Assembly (NCBI GenBank): GCA_965242925.1
Contig: CBDEUM010000030.1
Coordinates: 192,001-256,000 of the forward strand
Direction: 5' to 3'
Length of the DNA: 64,000 bases
Origin: Roseibacillus sp.
GTDB lineage: Bacteria > Verrucomicrobiota > Verrucomicrobiia > Verrucomicrobiales > Akkermansiaceae
Below, one piece after another: positions 27,463 to 36,274 of this stretch. Position numbers and translations under genes: made by a program. Numbering within the stretch: position 1 is the stretch's first letter; each line of letters opens with the position of its first letter. A model generated the notes under the pieces. The model saw only the letters and a list, made by a program, of their open reading frames with translations. It did not search any database and was not told where the DNA came from.

Positions 27463-30222
27463 GTGGCGACCGAAGTGCCCCCTGATCCCGTCCCCGAGAT
27501 CCTCAATCCGGATCGACTCGTGGAACTTCCCGCGGGCGAACGGCTTCTTCTCTACAAGGATTACATGGCGGAGGAGAATGCCCGCCTCCGCAAGGTCCAC
27601 GACGAGGGCGGCGGCGGGTGCGAGGTGGCCTCTCTTCGTTCCGCCGTAATCGACGGACTCCTCAACTCCCTTTTCCACACCGCGGTTCTCGGGACCGCCG
27701 CGCCCGGTCGCGTCACTCTCGTGGCTAACGGTGGTTACGGGCGGGGCCTGCTCAATCCTGGTTCCGATATCGACCTCCTCTTCCTCCTTCCACGTGCTTC
27801 CCATAGTATCAACAAACGCCTGAAGGACCTGATCGGAGACGTGCTCTATCCCCTCTTCGATCTCGGATTCAAGGTCGGCCACGCCTCCCGCTCCATTCCT
27901 GAATGCATCTCGGAAGCCAAACGCGACCCCATTACCCGGACTTCACTCTTTGATCACCGTCAACTTTGCGGAGACAAGGCCCTCTACGAAAAGTTCGCTC
28001 GCCGCTTCCGTCAGGACTGCATCCTAAGGGACCGGGTCCGATTCTTTGAGGAACGCCGCTCCGATATCGAAGAGCGCTACCTTAAGTTCTCGTCCACGGT
28101 CTTCCTGCAGGAACCGAATCTGAAGGAAAGCCCCGGCGGCATGCGCGACTTCCATAACCTGCTTTGGATTTCCGACGCGCTCTTCGGCACCCGTGACCTT
28201 GAGGAACTGCATGCGCGCGGCACCCTCACTACCAACGCCTGCAACGAACTGCGCGAGGGTTTCGACTTCCTCCATCGGGTTCGTAACTGCGTGCACTATC
28301 ATACCGGGAAGGCCACCGACATTCTGACCCTGCGGTTCCAGGGAATTGTCACCGAGACCTTCCAGTATCGGCACAGGACCAAACTGCGACGCATTGAAGC
28401 CCTCATGCGGGATTACTATCTGCACGCGCGGGACATCCACCAGCACACCGCCAGCGTCTTTGAAATCGCTGAGATTGAAACACCGGTCCTGCGCCCCTTC
28501 CGCCTTTCCTCCTGGATACCCTTCAGCAGAAAATCCGGGATCAGGAAATTTGACGGTTTCGTTGCCGAGGAGGGCCGACTCTCCCCCGAACATGACGGGA
28601 TCTTCGAAGAAGATTCCGGGCGACTCCTGCGTCTTTTTCTCCATTGCCAGAAACATCATCTCCGCCCCTCCCCTCCCCTGCGCAAACTCATCAAGGCTAA
28701 CTGGGACAAGATCGACAAGGCCTTCAACTACAACCGGGAGAATCGCCGCACCTTCCGGACGATCCTGGAGAAGAAGGGACAGGTCGGGCGCACCCTCCGA
28801 CTCATGCACCGTTGCGGGATACTGGGCCGTTATTTTCCCGAGTTCGGTGCCTTGGAGTGCCTCGTCCAGCACGAGTTCTTTCATCGCTACACCGCCGATG
28901 AGCACACCCTGCGCTGCATCGATCAACTCGACGCCCTCATCGAGTCCGACAATCCCGCAGTGGATCGCTACCGGCAACTTCTCATCAATATAGAGGACCC
29001 CTACGCACTTTACCTTGCCGTGCTACTGCACGATTCCGGAAGGGCCGAGAACGTCCGGGAGCATATCGACGGCTCCCAGATCCTGGCCAACAAGGTCTGT
29101 CGACGGCTCCAGATAAGTCACGGCCGCCGACAACTCATCATGTTCCTGGTCGACCACCATCTCACCCTCTGGCGGTTCGCCACCAAGCGAAACATCGACG
29201 ATCCCGATGTAGTGGCGGAGTTCTCCGGTCTCATGAAGAATCGGCAATTCTTGGATGCCCTGTTGCTTTTCACCTACGCGGATTCCAGTGGGACCAACGA
29301 GGAAGCCTGGGGTCCCTGGAAGGAAACCCTTATCGTGCAACTCTACAGATCTACCCGGGCGGTCCTCAAGAAGGGATACGGAGCCTACGATGCGGAATTC
29401 CGCGGCAAACTTGAGAATCTCCGGAAGAAGGTCCGGGGGAATCTGCACAAACGCTACTCTGAAATCACCGACGAGCACTTTCAGCAGATGCCTAAACGCT
29501 ACTTTCGCTATCGCGATGCTCTGAGCGTAAAGACCCACATCCGCGCCATCTGGCAATACTTCGATCGACGGAGGCGACGCCCGGACACTCCTTTCGAGTC
29601 CGCCGTGCAGTGGCTTGAGTATCCCGATCAGGGATACACCGAACTCACCGTAGTGACCCACGACCGTCACCTTCTCCTTGAGAAAATCTGCTGCTCCCTG
29701 GCTGCTCACGAAATCAACATCCTCTCCGCTGACATCTACACCCGTGCAGACGGAGTGGCGCTCGACATCTTCCGGGTCTGCACCACCGACATGCAGGCGG
29801 TGAAAAACTCCTACCGGCAAATGAGTGCGGTGATGACCCTCTATGAGGTTAACCAGGAAGACCACTACGATCCAACCAGCTATCTCGAGGTAAAGAACAA
29901 CTTTCTCCGAGGGAACGACGACGACGCCATCCCCTTTCCGGTCCGCGCCTATATCGACAACGAGAGCGACCCCGGCACCACCGTGATCGAGATCCAGGCC
30001 ATCGACCGCATCGGACTCCTCCACGACCTCCTCCACACCATCAACCAGCACGGTCTCGACACCATCCACGCCCGGATCAGCACCGAAAAGGGCGCCGCCC
30101 TGGACACCTTTTACGTCCAGACTACCGAAGACGGCGGAAAACTGAATCGAATCGATGCTCTCTCCTCTCTGCAGGGGGCCCTCGAAGAGGTCATCCTTCC
30201 CTCCGGGGCCGATCGCGCCTGA
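27463..30222 (+). CDS. glnD: PII uridylyltransferase
   Basis: GGYGR..SDIDL, NLKESPGGMRD, HRYTADEH, LLHD (HD domain), two ACT domains. Confidence 0.95.
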   Translation: MATEVPPDPVPEILNPDRLVELPAGERLLLYKDYMAEENARLRKVHDEGGGGCEVASLRSAVIDGLLNSLFHTAVLGTAAPGRVTLVANGGYGRGLLNPGSDIDLLFLLPRASHSINKRLKDLIGDVLYPLFDLGFKVGHASRSIPECISEAKRDPITRTSLFDHRQLCGDKALYEKFARRFRQDCILRDRVRFFEERRSDIEERYLKFSSTVFLQEPNLKESPGGMRDFHNLLWISDALFGTRDLEELHARGTLTTNACNELREGFDFLHRVRNCVHYHTGKATDILTLRFQGIVTETFQYRHRTKLRRIEALMRDYYLHARDIHQHTASVFEIAEIETPVLRPFRLSSWIPFSRKSGIRKFDGFVAEEGRLSPEHDGIFEEDSGRLLRLFLHCQKHHLRPSPPLRKLIKANWDKIDKAFNYNRENRRTFRTILEKKGQVGRTLRLMHRCGILGRYFPEFGALECLVQHEFFHRYTADEHTLRCIDQLDALIESDNPAVDRYRQLLINIEDPYALYLAVLLHDSGRAENVREHIDGSQILANKVCRRLQISHGRRQLIMFLVDHHLTLWRFATKRNIDDPDVVAEFSGLMKNRQFLDALLLFTYADSSGTNEEAWGPWKETLIVQLYRSTRAVLKKGYGAYDAEFRGKLENLRKKVRGNLHKRYSEITDEHFQQMPKRYFRYRDALSVKTHIRAIWQYFDRRRRRPDTPFESAVQWLEYPDQGYTELTVVTHDRHLLLEKICCSLAAHEINILSADIYTRADGVALDIFRVCTTDMQAVKNSYRQMSAVMTLYEVNQEDHYDPTSYLEVKNNFLRGNDDDAIPFPVRAYIDNESDPGTTVIEIQAIDRIGLLHDLLHTINQHGLDTIHARISTEKGAALDTFYVQTTEDGGKLNRIDALSSLQGALEEVILPSGADRA

Positions 30223-30343
30223 TCCCCCGAGCTACGCTTCATCAAAGGACACTCCCTCCCACCGATCCGTCTTCAGCCGGGCACTGCCATCCCGGAGCTC
30301 CTGCTGTCTGAAAGACAGAACTGCCCCGACCCAGTCCAACGGA

Positions 30344-31306
30344 CTACGGTCGCGGGTCAGGCACTACCAGTCTTTCGCGAGCAGCATCCCTGGTGGGAGC
30401 ACCTCCATTCACCCACTGCTCGTACAGAGCCCAGCCCTGCTTGACCAGACCCTGGGTCCGCCCAAAGCGGTCCTGACTGCCAATTACCACGCAGATAAGG
30501 CGGCGCGGGGTGAGCCGGGTTGCTCCGTCCGGTAACTTTTCGACCACAGGCTGCAGTTCTGAACTGGTGGCCAGACATTGACCTGCCAGTCTGGTCATCC
30601 CGGTCTTAATTCCATTGATATTCTGCTGTCCCAGCAGCTTGTTGGTGTTCTGTACCTTGAATCCCCTGATAGTGCCCTCGTGCTGAAAACTCAGATTGCG
30701 GCTTTTCTGTTTAACAAAAAAGGCGAACCCGGGTTCCCGCATGGCGTAAATGCAAAGCCGTGCCATGTCCGTGGCGGTCGAGTAGCCTCGTCTCTTGGAT
30801 AGATTAAGCCCATGCGGGTTGACGAACCTGGTCCTCCTCATTCCCAGCTCCTCGGACAGGGTGTTCATCTCCGTCACAAAGGCCTTCACCGGATCTCCCG
30901 TCCTGCCCCGGGCCTGCAGGATGCCGTAGCCCACGTAGTGGGCAAGCGATTGGGCCGCTGCGTTGTCCGATCCCAGGAGAGCAGAATAGAGTGCATTGCG
31001 CAGAGAGATGCGGTCCCCCGGAAACAGGCCCATTGGATTCGAACCTCCCAGACTGGCAACCGAGGGGGGCACGAGCATCTCCGTTCCCAGATCAGTCCTG
31101 GTGGCCTTGGCCCAATCCAGAACGACCATTGCGGTAGCCACCTTGGTCAGGCTCGCTACCGGCTTCCTCTCCAGGGCTGCCTGGGTCAGAAGAATCCGGC
31201 CAGAATTGGCCTCCACCACAAAGTAAGCCTCCCCGGCACGGGTGGTCATGGTGCTCAGAACAAGAAGAAAGGAAAGGATCAGACGGGCAGGGAGACAATT
31301 TGTCAC
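30344..31306 (-). CDS. D-alanyl-D-alanine carboxypeptidase (peptidase S11)
   Basis: ASLTK (SxxK), SDN, NPHGL, KTG motifs; start GTG 31306 inferred from the signal peptide. Confidence 0.9.
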   Translation of the reverse strand: MTNCLPARLILSFLLVLSTMTTRAGEAYFVVEANSGRILLTQAALERKPVASLTKVATAMVVLDWAKATRTDLGTEMLVPPSVASLGGSNPMGLFPGDRISLRNALYSALLGSDNAAAQSLAHYVGYGILQARGRTGDPVKAFVTEMNTLSEELGMRRTRFVNPHGLNLSKRRGYSTATDMARLCIYAMREPGFAFFVKQKSRNLSFQHEGTIRGFKVQNTNKLLGQQNINGIKTGMTRLAGQCLATSSELQPVVEKLPDGATRLTPRRLICVVIGSQDRFGRTQGLVKQGWALYEQWVNGGAPTRDAARERLVVPDPRP

Positions 31307-31453
31307 TTGGAGCAATACGCAGATTTCCCGGGAAATATAGACCCCCAACCTTACCCACCACAACCCCCAATCCCAGCAGGTCCGGGACTTCGGGCATTTC
31401 CCTTGCCGTGGACAGACCTCCCGGGTACTTTCCTTCCCGACACGGAGAAATCT

Positions 31454-31737
31454 TCGATGCGCATGCTTGGCACTCGATTCCCGAACGGCAGTCTTATCGG
31501 CTTCGCCCTGACACCTGACGGGAACTCCGGACCAGTCGCCCGATCAACCAGGCGGCTGCCCACCTCTTGGGCCACCCGGCCCTTCCTTGCGGGAACGCTA
31601 CCAGTAACACGCCAAGCAAGCGGATTTATTACCAGACTCAATCGAACTCAGGGACAGCGACCTAATCGAATGACGCTATCAACGCCAGTTCTGCCCCATC
31701 TAATTGAGTATCTGGAGAGTCCGCAGGATGGCATCGA
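31454..31737 (+). ncRNA. Putative structured RNA / long 5' leader of the RRM gene
   Basis: Multiple nested helices found by eye (see finding); family not recognised; strand assumed from the downstream gene. Confidence 0.45.
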
Positions 31738-31782
31738 TGCGCCTGTCGCGTTCCCGCGCGAACCCGAACCGAAACAAAACAC

Positions 31783-32439
31783 ATGTCCGATTCTTCGACT
31801 CGATCACGGCGAACAGATTCCGGAGGAGACTCCGGTAATCACCGTAATAGAAATCGAAACAGAAACCGCAACCGAAATCACAACCGATCCCGCAGTGGCG
31901 GAGCCGGTGGTGGTCAACAGTCCGGCAGTCGCCGCTCCGGTGGCCGCCGTCCTCGTCGGGGCCCGAAACCTGTTCCGCTGACCTGGTGGCAGAAGATCCT
32001 CAAGGCCATCGGCCTCTACAAGGAAACCGTCCGCCCTCCACGCAAGCGCAATAGCGACCCCGCGACCGAGGAAACCAGAAGGGAGCCCCGTAAGGCTCCC
32101 AAGTCCGGAACTCGTGTTGCCAAGACCGCGAACGAAAACCGGGCGGCACCCACGCCCAAACCCGTTGATTCCACCCGACTCTACCTCGGCAACCTCTCCT
32201 ATGACGCCGCCGAGTATGAGCTGGAGGAACTCTTCAAGGGAGTGGGTTCAGTGCGCGGCATCGAGATCGTCTACAATCACAACACCCATAAATCCAAGGG
32301 CTATGGGTTTATCGAGATGGCGACCATTGATGAAGCCAAGCGTGCTGTTGAAGTCCTGCACGATCAACCCTTCATGGGACGCAATATGATCGTGAGCGGC
32401 GCCAAGTCGCAGGGCCCGGCTGATTCCGACGACCAGTAG
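31783..32439 (+). CDS. RRM RNA-binding protein with Arg/Asn-rich disordered N-terminus
   Basis: RNP2 LYLGNL and RNP1 KGYGFIEM; (RN)n repeat. Confidence 0.9.
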   Translation: MSDSSTRSRRTDSGGDSGNHRNRNRNRNRNRNHNRSRSGGAGGGQQSGSRRSGGRRPRRGPKPVPLTWWQKILKAIGLYKETVRPPRKRNSDPATEETRREPRKAPKSGTRVAKTANENRAAPTPKPVDSTRLYLGNLSYDAAEYELEELFKGVGSVRGIEIVYNHNTHKSKGYGFIEMATIDEAKRAVEVLHDQPFMGRNMIVSGAKSQGPADSDDQ

Positions 32440-32458
32440 TTTCGTTTTCCCTCCCTTC

Positions 32459-32490
32459 ATCCCCGTGAGCTCCGGCTCACGGGGATTTTT
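32459..32490 (+). terminator. Intrinsic terminator
   Basis: ATCCCCGTGAGC-TCCG-GCTCACGGGGAT perfect 12-bp stem followed by a T-run, just after the RRM gene. Confidence 0.8.
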
Positions 32491-32555
32491 ATGGTCTGGC
32501 CCCCTGAGCGGAGAGCACAGAGTATCTCTCCGCCGGAAAACAACGGATCCCGATT

Positions 32556-33479
32556 CTGAACACACCCTTCCACCCTTTCTACCTGTGCGGACCGACGGCC
32601 TCTGGAAAATCCTCCCATGCTCTGGCCCTGGCGCGGTCCCTCAATGGCGAGATCGTCAATGCGGATGCCATGCAACTCTACCGGGGCCTTGAGATTATCA
32701 CGGCTGCCCCCTGCGAAGAAGAGCGCCGCATGACGCCCCATCATCTCTATGGTGTGGCCGATCCCACGGATTCCCTTGATGCCGCCCTCTATCGCAAACT
32801 CGCACTTCCTGTTATTGCCGATATCTCCTCCCGGGGAAAACTGCCCATCGTCGTCGGAGGCTCAGGGCTTTACCTGAAGTTTCTCACGCACAAGCCGGCT
32901 GATTTACCCTCCGCTGATCCCGATCTTCGCGCCAAGCTGGAAACCCTCCCGCTAGCCGAATTGAACCGGCGCCTTGAACAGATCGACCCCATCGAAGCGG
33001 CCCGGATTGATCAAAACAACCCGCGCTACGTGCAGCGCGCACTTGAAGTCAGCCTGATGACCGGTCGTCCTGTTTCCGAGCAGCGAACGCCCTTCGAAGC
33101 CAACCCGGGAACACTTCGCGGACTCCTCCTCTGCTGGGATTCCGAGACTCTGGAAGAACGCATCGGCAGGCGCACATCTCACATGCTTGATCACGGTGCA
33201 ATCGATGAGCTGTCCGCTCTTTCTGAACTCGGCCCCACCGTCTCCCGGGCAATCGGGATCCCGCAGCTGCAACGCCTCCTCAACGGGGAAATCGACCAGG
33301 AATCCTGCCGGGAGGAAATTGTGATTGCCACCCGCCGCTACGCAAAACGCCAGCGCACCTGGTTCCGGCGCGAGAAATGGCTCACCCCGGTTCCGGGGGA
33401 TCTCTCCGAGGAACAGATGATAGCCACTGCGCGCACCCTGCTCCAATCCGGACCGGGAAGAAGCCCCGGAAGCACTTAA
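32556..33479 (+). CDS. miaA: tRNA dimethylallyltransferase
   Basis: The frame of ORF 32670 extends upstream through LCGPTASGKS (P-loop) and EIVNADAMQLY; also VGGSGLY, TRRYAKRQRTWF; start codon non-canonical or uncertain. Confidence 0.92.
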   Translation: MNTPFHPFYLCGPTASGKSSHALALARSLNGEIVNADAMQLYRGLEIITAAPCEEERRMTPHHLYGVADPTDSLDAALYRKLALPVIADISSRGKLPIVVGGSGLYLKFLTHKPADLPSADPDLRAKLETLPLAELNRRLEQIDPIEAARIDQNNPRYVQRALEVSLMTGRPVSEQRTPFEANPGTLRGLLLCWDSETLEERIGRRTSHMLDHGAIDELSALSELGPTVSRAIGIPQLQRLLNGEIDQESCREEIVIATRRYAKRQRTWFRREKWLTPVPGDLSEEQMIATARTLLQSGPGRSPGST

Positions 33480-33543
33480 AGGCGGTTCATATTGATTCCA
33501 GTCGGTAAACTCTGTGAACTTCTGCCAACCTTCCCTCACCAGT

Positions 33544-34299
33544 ATGCCGCAACTCCCCGCCCACCGCATTTTTCCCACTCCCGACGCCGCCTCCGAGACT
33601 CTCGCAGCCGAAATCAGCGCCCTTGTATCCGCCCGTGCTTCCGAGGGCCGATCGGTGGTGCTGGGCCTTGCCACCGGCAGCACTCCCATCCGCCTCTACG
33701 CTGAATTAGCCCGTCTTCACAGCGAGGGGCTCTCCTTTGCCAACGTCATCACCTTCAACCTCGACGAGTACCTGGGCCTCGAACGAAACCATCCCGAGAG
33801 CTACTGGCAGTTCATGCACCTCAGGCTTTTTCATCATATTGATATTCCGCCTGAGAACATTCACATCCCGGACGGCGGCATTCCCGACGAAGAACTGGAA
33901 GGATACTGTGCGGGCTACGAAAAGGCCATCTCCGAGGTGGGCGGGATTGACCTCCAGGTTCTTGGTATTGGCCGCAACGGCCATATCGGATTCAACGAAC
34001 CCGGTGCGGCCCCGGACCTGCCCACCCACGTGACCGAATTGAATGAGGTCACCATCGGCGACGCTGCTGAAGCCTTCGGCGGAGCTGCAAACGTCCCCCG
34101 TCGAGCCATCACCATGGGCGTTAAAACCATTCTCGAGTCCCGGCGGGTGGTTCTCCTTGCCTTCGGCGAGTCGAAGGCGGAAATCATCCGGCGCGCGCTC
34201 ACACCGGGGGTCACCCCGCGGATCCCCGCCACCTACCTGCAATTGCACCCGGACTCCACCTGCTTCCTCGATCAGGAAGCGGGAGCGCAGTTGGGCTGA
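33544..34299 (+). CDS. nagB: Glucosamine-6-phosphate deaminase
   Basis: LGLATGSTP, TFNLDEY, LGIGRNGHIGFNEPG. Confidence 0.95.
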   Translation: MPQLPAHRIFPTPDAASETLAAEISALVSARASEGRSVVLGLATGSTPIRLYAELARLHSEGLSFANVITFNLDEYLGLERNHPESYWQFMHLRLFHHIDIPPENIHIPDGGIPDEELEGYCAGYEKAISEVGGIDLQVLGIGRNGHIGFNEPGAAPDLPTHVTELNEVTIGDAAEAFGGAANVPRRAITMGVKTILESRRVVLLAFGESKAEIIRRALTPGVTPRIPATYLQLHPDSTCFLDQEAGAQLG

Positions 34300-34366
34300 A
34301 AGCTCTCCCTTCCAGCCTGGAGGATCGTTTGGCACCGTCCACCCGGGACGGCCACTAGTTGCAGCC

Positions 34367-34789
34367 TCAGCCTCCCCCGCCGCCTTCCTCGTCGCCGCAA
34401 CATCCGCCCTGATCGGCGAGGTCCTCCGCAATCGGCACGCGACCGAGTTCCAGGGTCTTCCCCACGTACTTTCCAATCGCCATCTGGACGGACTGCAGAC
34501 TCTCCTGCGCATCCATGAAATCGCACGCCACCGAATTCTGCAGGAGCGCCTTGCGGGCCTCCTCAAAGTCCTCCACTTCGCCGGCACTCAATTCCAATCC
34601 GGACTTTTGCTTCTGGCCCAGTTCGTGGTGGCGCTCCTGAACACTCTGGAACTGCAATTTGGCTGCATCGTCCTCAAGAAAGCGCTCCACCTTTTCCAGG
34701 AGAGATTTGTATTCGGAATTCTCTGCAATGACCGAGCAAAGCTCCTTGGTCTTGCTCATGACTTGCGAATCGTCGGCCAGCATTGTCAT
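34367..34789 (-). CDS. YlbF/YmcA (Com_YlbF)-like regulator
   Basis: Helical protein ELCSVIAENSEY...FMDAQESLQSV; C-terminal GGCCG tail. Confidence 0.65.
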   Translation of the reverse strand: MTMLADDSQVMSKTKELCSVIAENSEYKSLLEKVERFLEDDAAKLQFQSVQERHHELGQKQKSGLELSAGEVEDFEEARKALLQNSVACDFMDAQESLQSVQMAIGKYVGKTLELGRVPIAEDLADQGGCCGDEEGGGGG

Positions 34790-35105
34790 GCCCCATGGAT
34801 ACGTCCCTTTCATCCTTCAGGCAATACGCGATATCCCTCGGAACAAGAAATTCAGAGTTCTTCTGTCATCCGTGGCCCGGGGTCCCAACCCAGCCGATAC
34901 CAGGTCGACCAGCTTGGCCTCCCTTCTTCAGGTCCTCCCGCGAAAACAGGGGATTGCCTGCTGCATCGTGAGGCCGGTCCGCCTCTCAATACAAGCCGGA
35001 CGCTCAGAATCCTGACCATCAACGCCGTAGGACGAGATTCTCTTCTCCCTGCCGGCACCTTGGGGGTCGGACTTCCGGGGATTCAAGCACCGCCCGCTCG
35101 GCATC

Positions 35106-35492
35106 TCACCACTCCTCCATCGCCACTGCGTTGGCTGCCGCATAGTTCCTGGCATGCGTCAGGCTGATCTTTACCTGGGTAATCCCCCGTTCTTCCACAA
35201 ACTCCCGGCCACGACCGTGCAGGATCATCTTCGGCTCACCTGAGTGCAGGCGTGCGATCTCCATATCCTGCCATCCCAGCAGTTCGCCGATCCCCGTCCC
35301 AAAAGCCTTGGACACCGCCTCCTTCGCCGCCCAGCGTGCCGCAAAATGAATCGCAGGCCGCTTCTGCTTCAGGCAGTAGTCACGTTCTTCCGTCGTAAAA
35401 ATACGTTTCAGGAATCGGTCGCCGAATTCCTCCATCGCCACCTCGATGCGCTCCACCTCGATGACGTCGATGCCAATACCGAAGATCTTCAT
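35106..35492 (-). CDS. acpS: Holo-ACP synthase
   Basis: GIGIDVIEVERI, FAARWAAKEAVSKAFGTG, ISLTH. Confidence 0.96.
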   Translation of the reverse strand: MKIFGIGIDVIEVERIEVAMEEFGDRFLKRIFTTEERDYCLKQKRPAIHFAARWAAKEAVSKAFGTGIGELLGWQDMEIARLHSGEPKMILHGRGREFVEERGITQVKISLTHARNYAAANAVAMEEW

Positions 35493-36238
35493 GCCTCCCC
35501 GGGGTATCCCTGCATGGCTTCCGCCATTTCCCGCACCGCCTGCTCCAGACCTGTCGTGATGGCCCGGGAAACAATGCTGTGACCGATGTTGAGTTCCAGG
35601 AGGTGAGGCACCTTGAAGAGTTCCCCTATATTGCGGTAGTTGATACCGTGTCCGGCATTAACCTGTAATCCCAGTTCGTGACCAAGTCGGGCACCGTCTA
35701 CCAGTCTCTCGATTTCATCCACGTGATCTTCTCCGACCGAATTCGCGAAGCAGCCGGTGTGCAATTCTATCATATCCGCTTCGATTTCGGCGGAGGCGCG
35801 GATCTGTTCCTCGTCCGGATCAATGAACATGCTCACCATGCCTCCCCCCCTTCGGAGAGTGGTCACCGTGGCACGCAGGCTCTCCTGCTGCCCCGCCACG
35901 TCGAGGCCACCCTCGGTCGTGATCTCCTGCCGGTTCTCGGGAACCAGGCACACGAAATCCGGTCCCAGTCTCAGCGCGATCTCCAGCATTTCAGCCGTGC
36001 TCGCCATCTCAAAGTTGATCGGCAGATCGCAGGCCTTCTTCACCCGTGACACATCCTCCTCCTGCACGTGCCTCCGATCCCCCCGCACGTGCATGGTTAT
36101 GGAATCCGCCCCACCCGTCCTGGCTGCCAGGGCCGCCGCCACGATGTCCGGTTCGGCATTGGGCGAATCGAGCATGGTGGCATAGCGGGCCTGCCTCAAC
36201 GTGCTGACGTGATCTATGTTAACTCCAAGTTTCAGCAT
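35489..36238 (-). CDS. pdxJ: Pyridoxine 5'-phosphate synthase
   Basis: LGVNIDHVSTLRQAR, ITTEGGLD, IELHTG, VNAGHG, LNIGHSIV. Confidence 0.97.
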   Translation of the reverse strand: MLKLGVNIDHVSTLRQARYATMLDSPNAEPDIVAAALAARTGGADSITMHVRGDRRHVQEEDVSRVKKACDLPINFEMASTAEMLEIALRLGPDFVCLVPENRQEITTEGGLDVAGQQESLRATVTTLRRGGGMVSMFIDPDEEQIRASAEIEADMIELHTGCFANSVGEDHVDEIERLVDGARLGHELGLQVNAGHGINYRNIGELFKVPHLLELNIGHSIVSRAITTGLEQAVREMAEAMQGYPGEA

Positions 36239-36274
36239 TTCAGGTCGCGGAACTCTAAGATCATGAATCCTTCG

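Noticed and set aside
30812..31981. 389-aa plus-strand ORF
   Set aside because: Overlaps the antisense carboxypeptidase and an alternative frame of the RRM gene; no recognisable domain; shadow ORF
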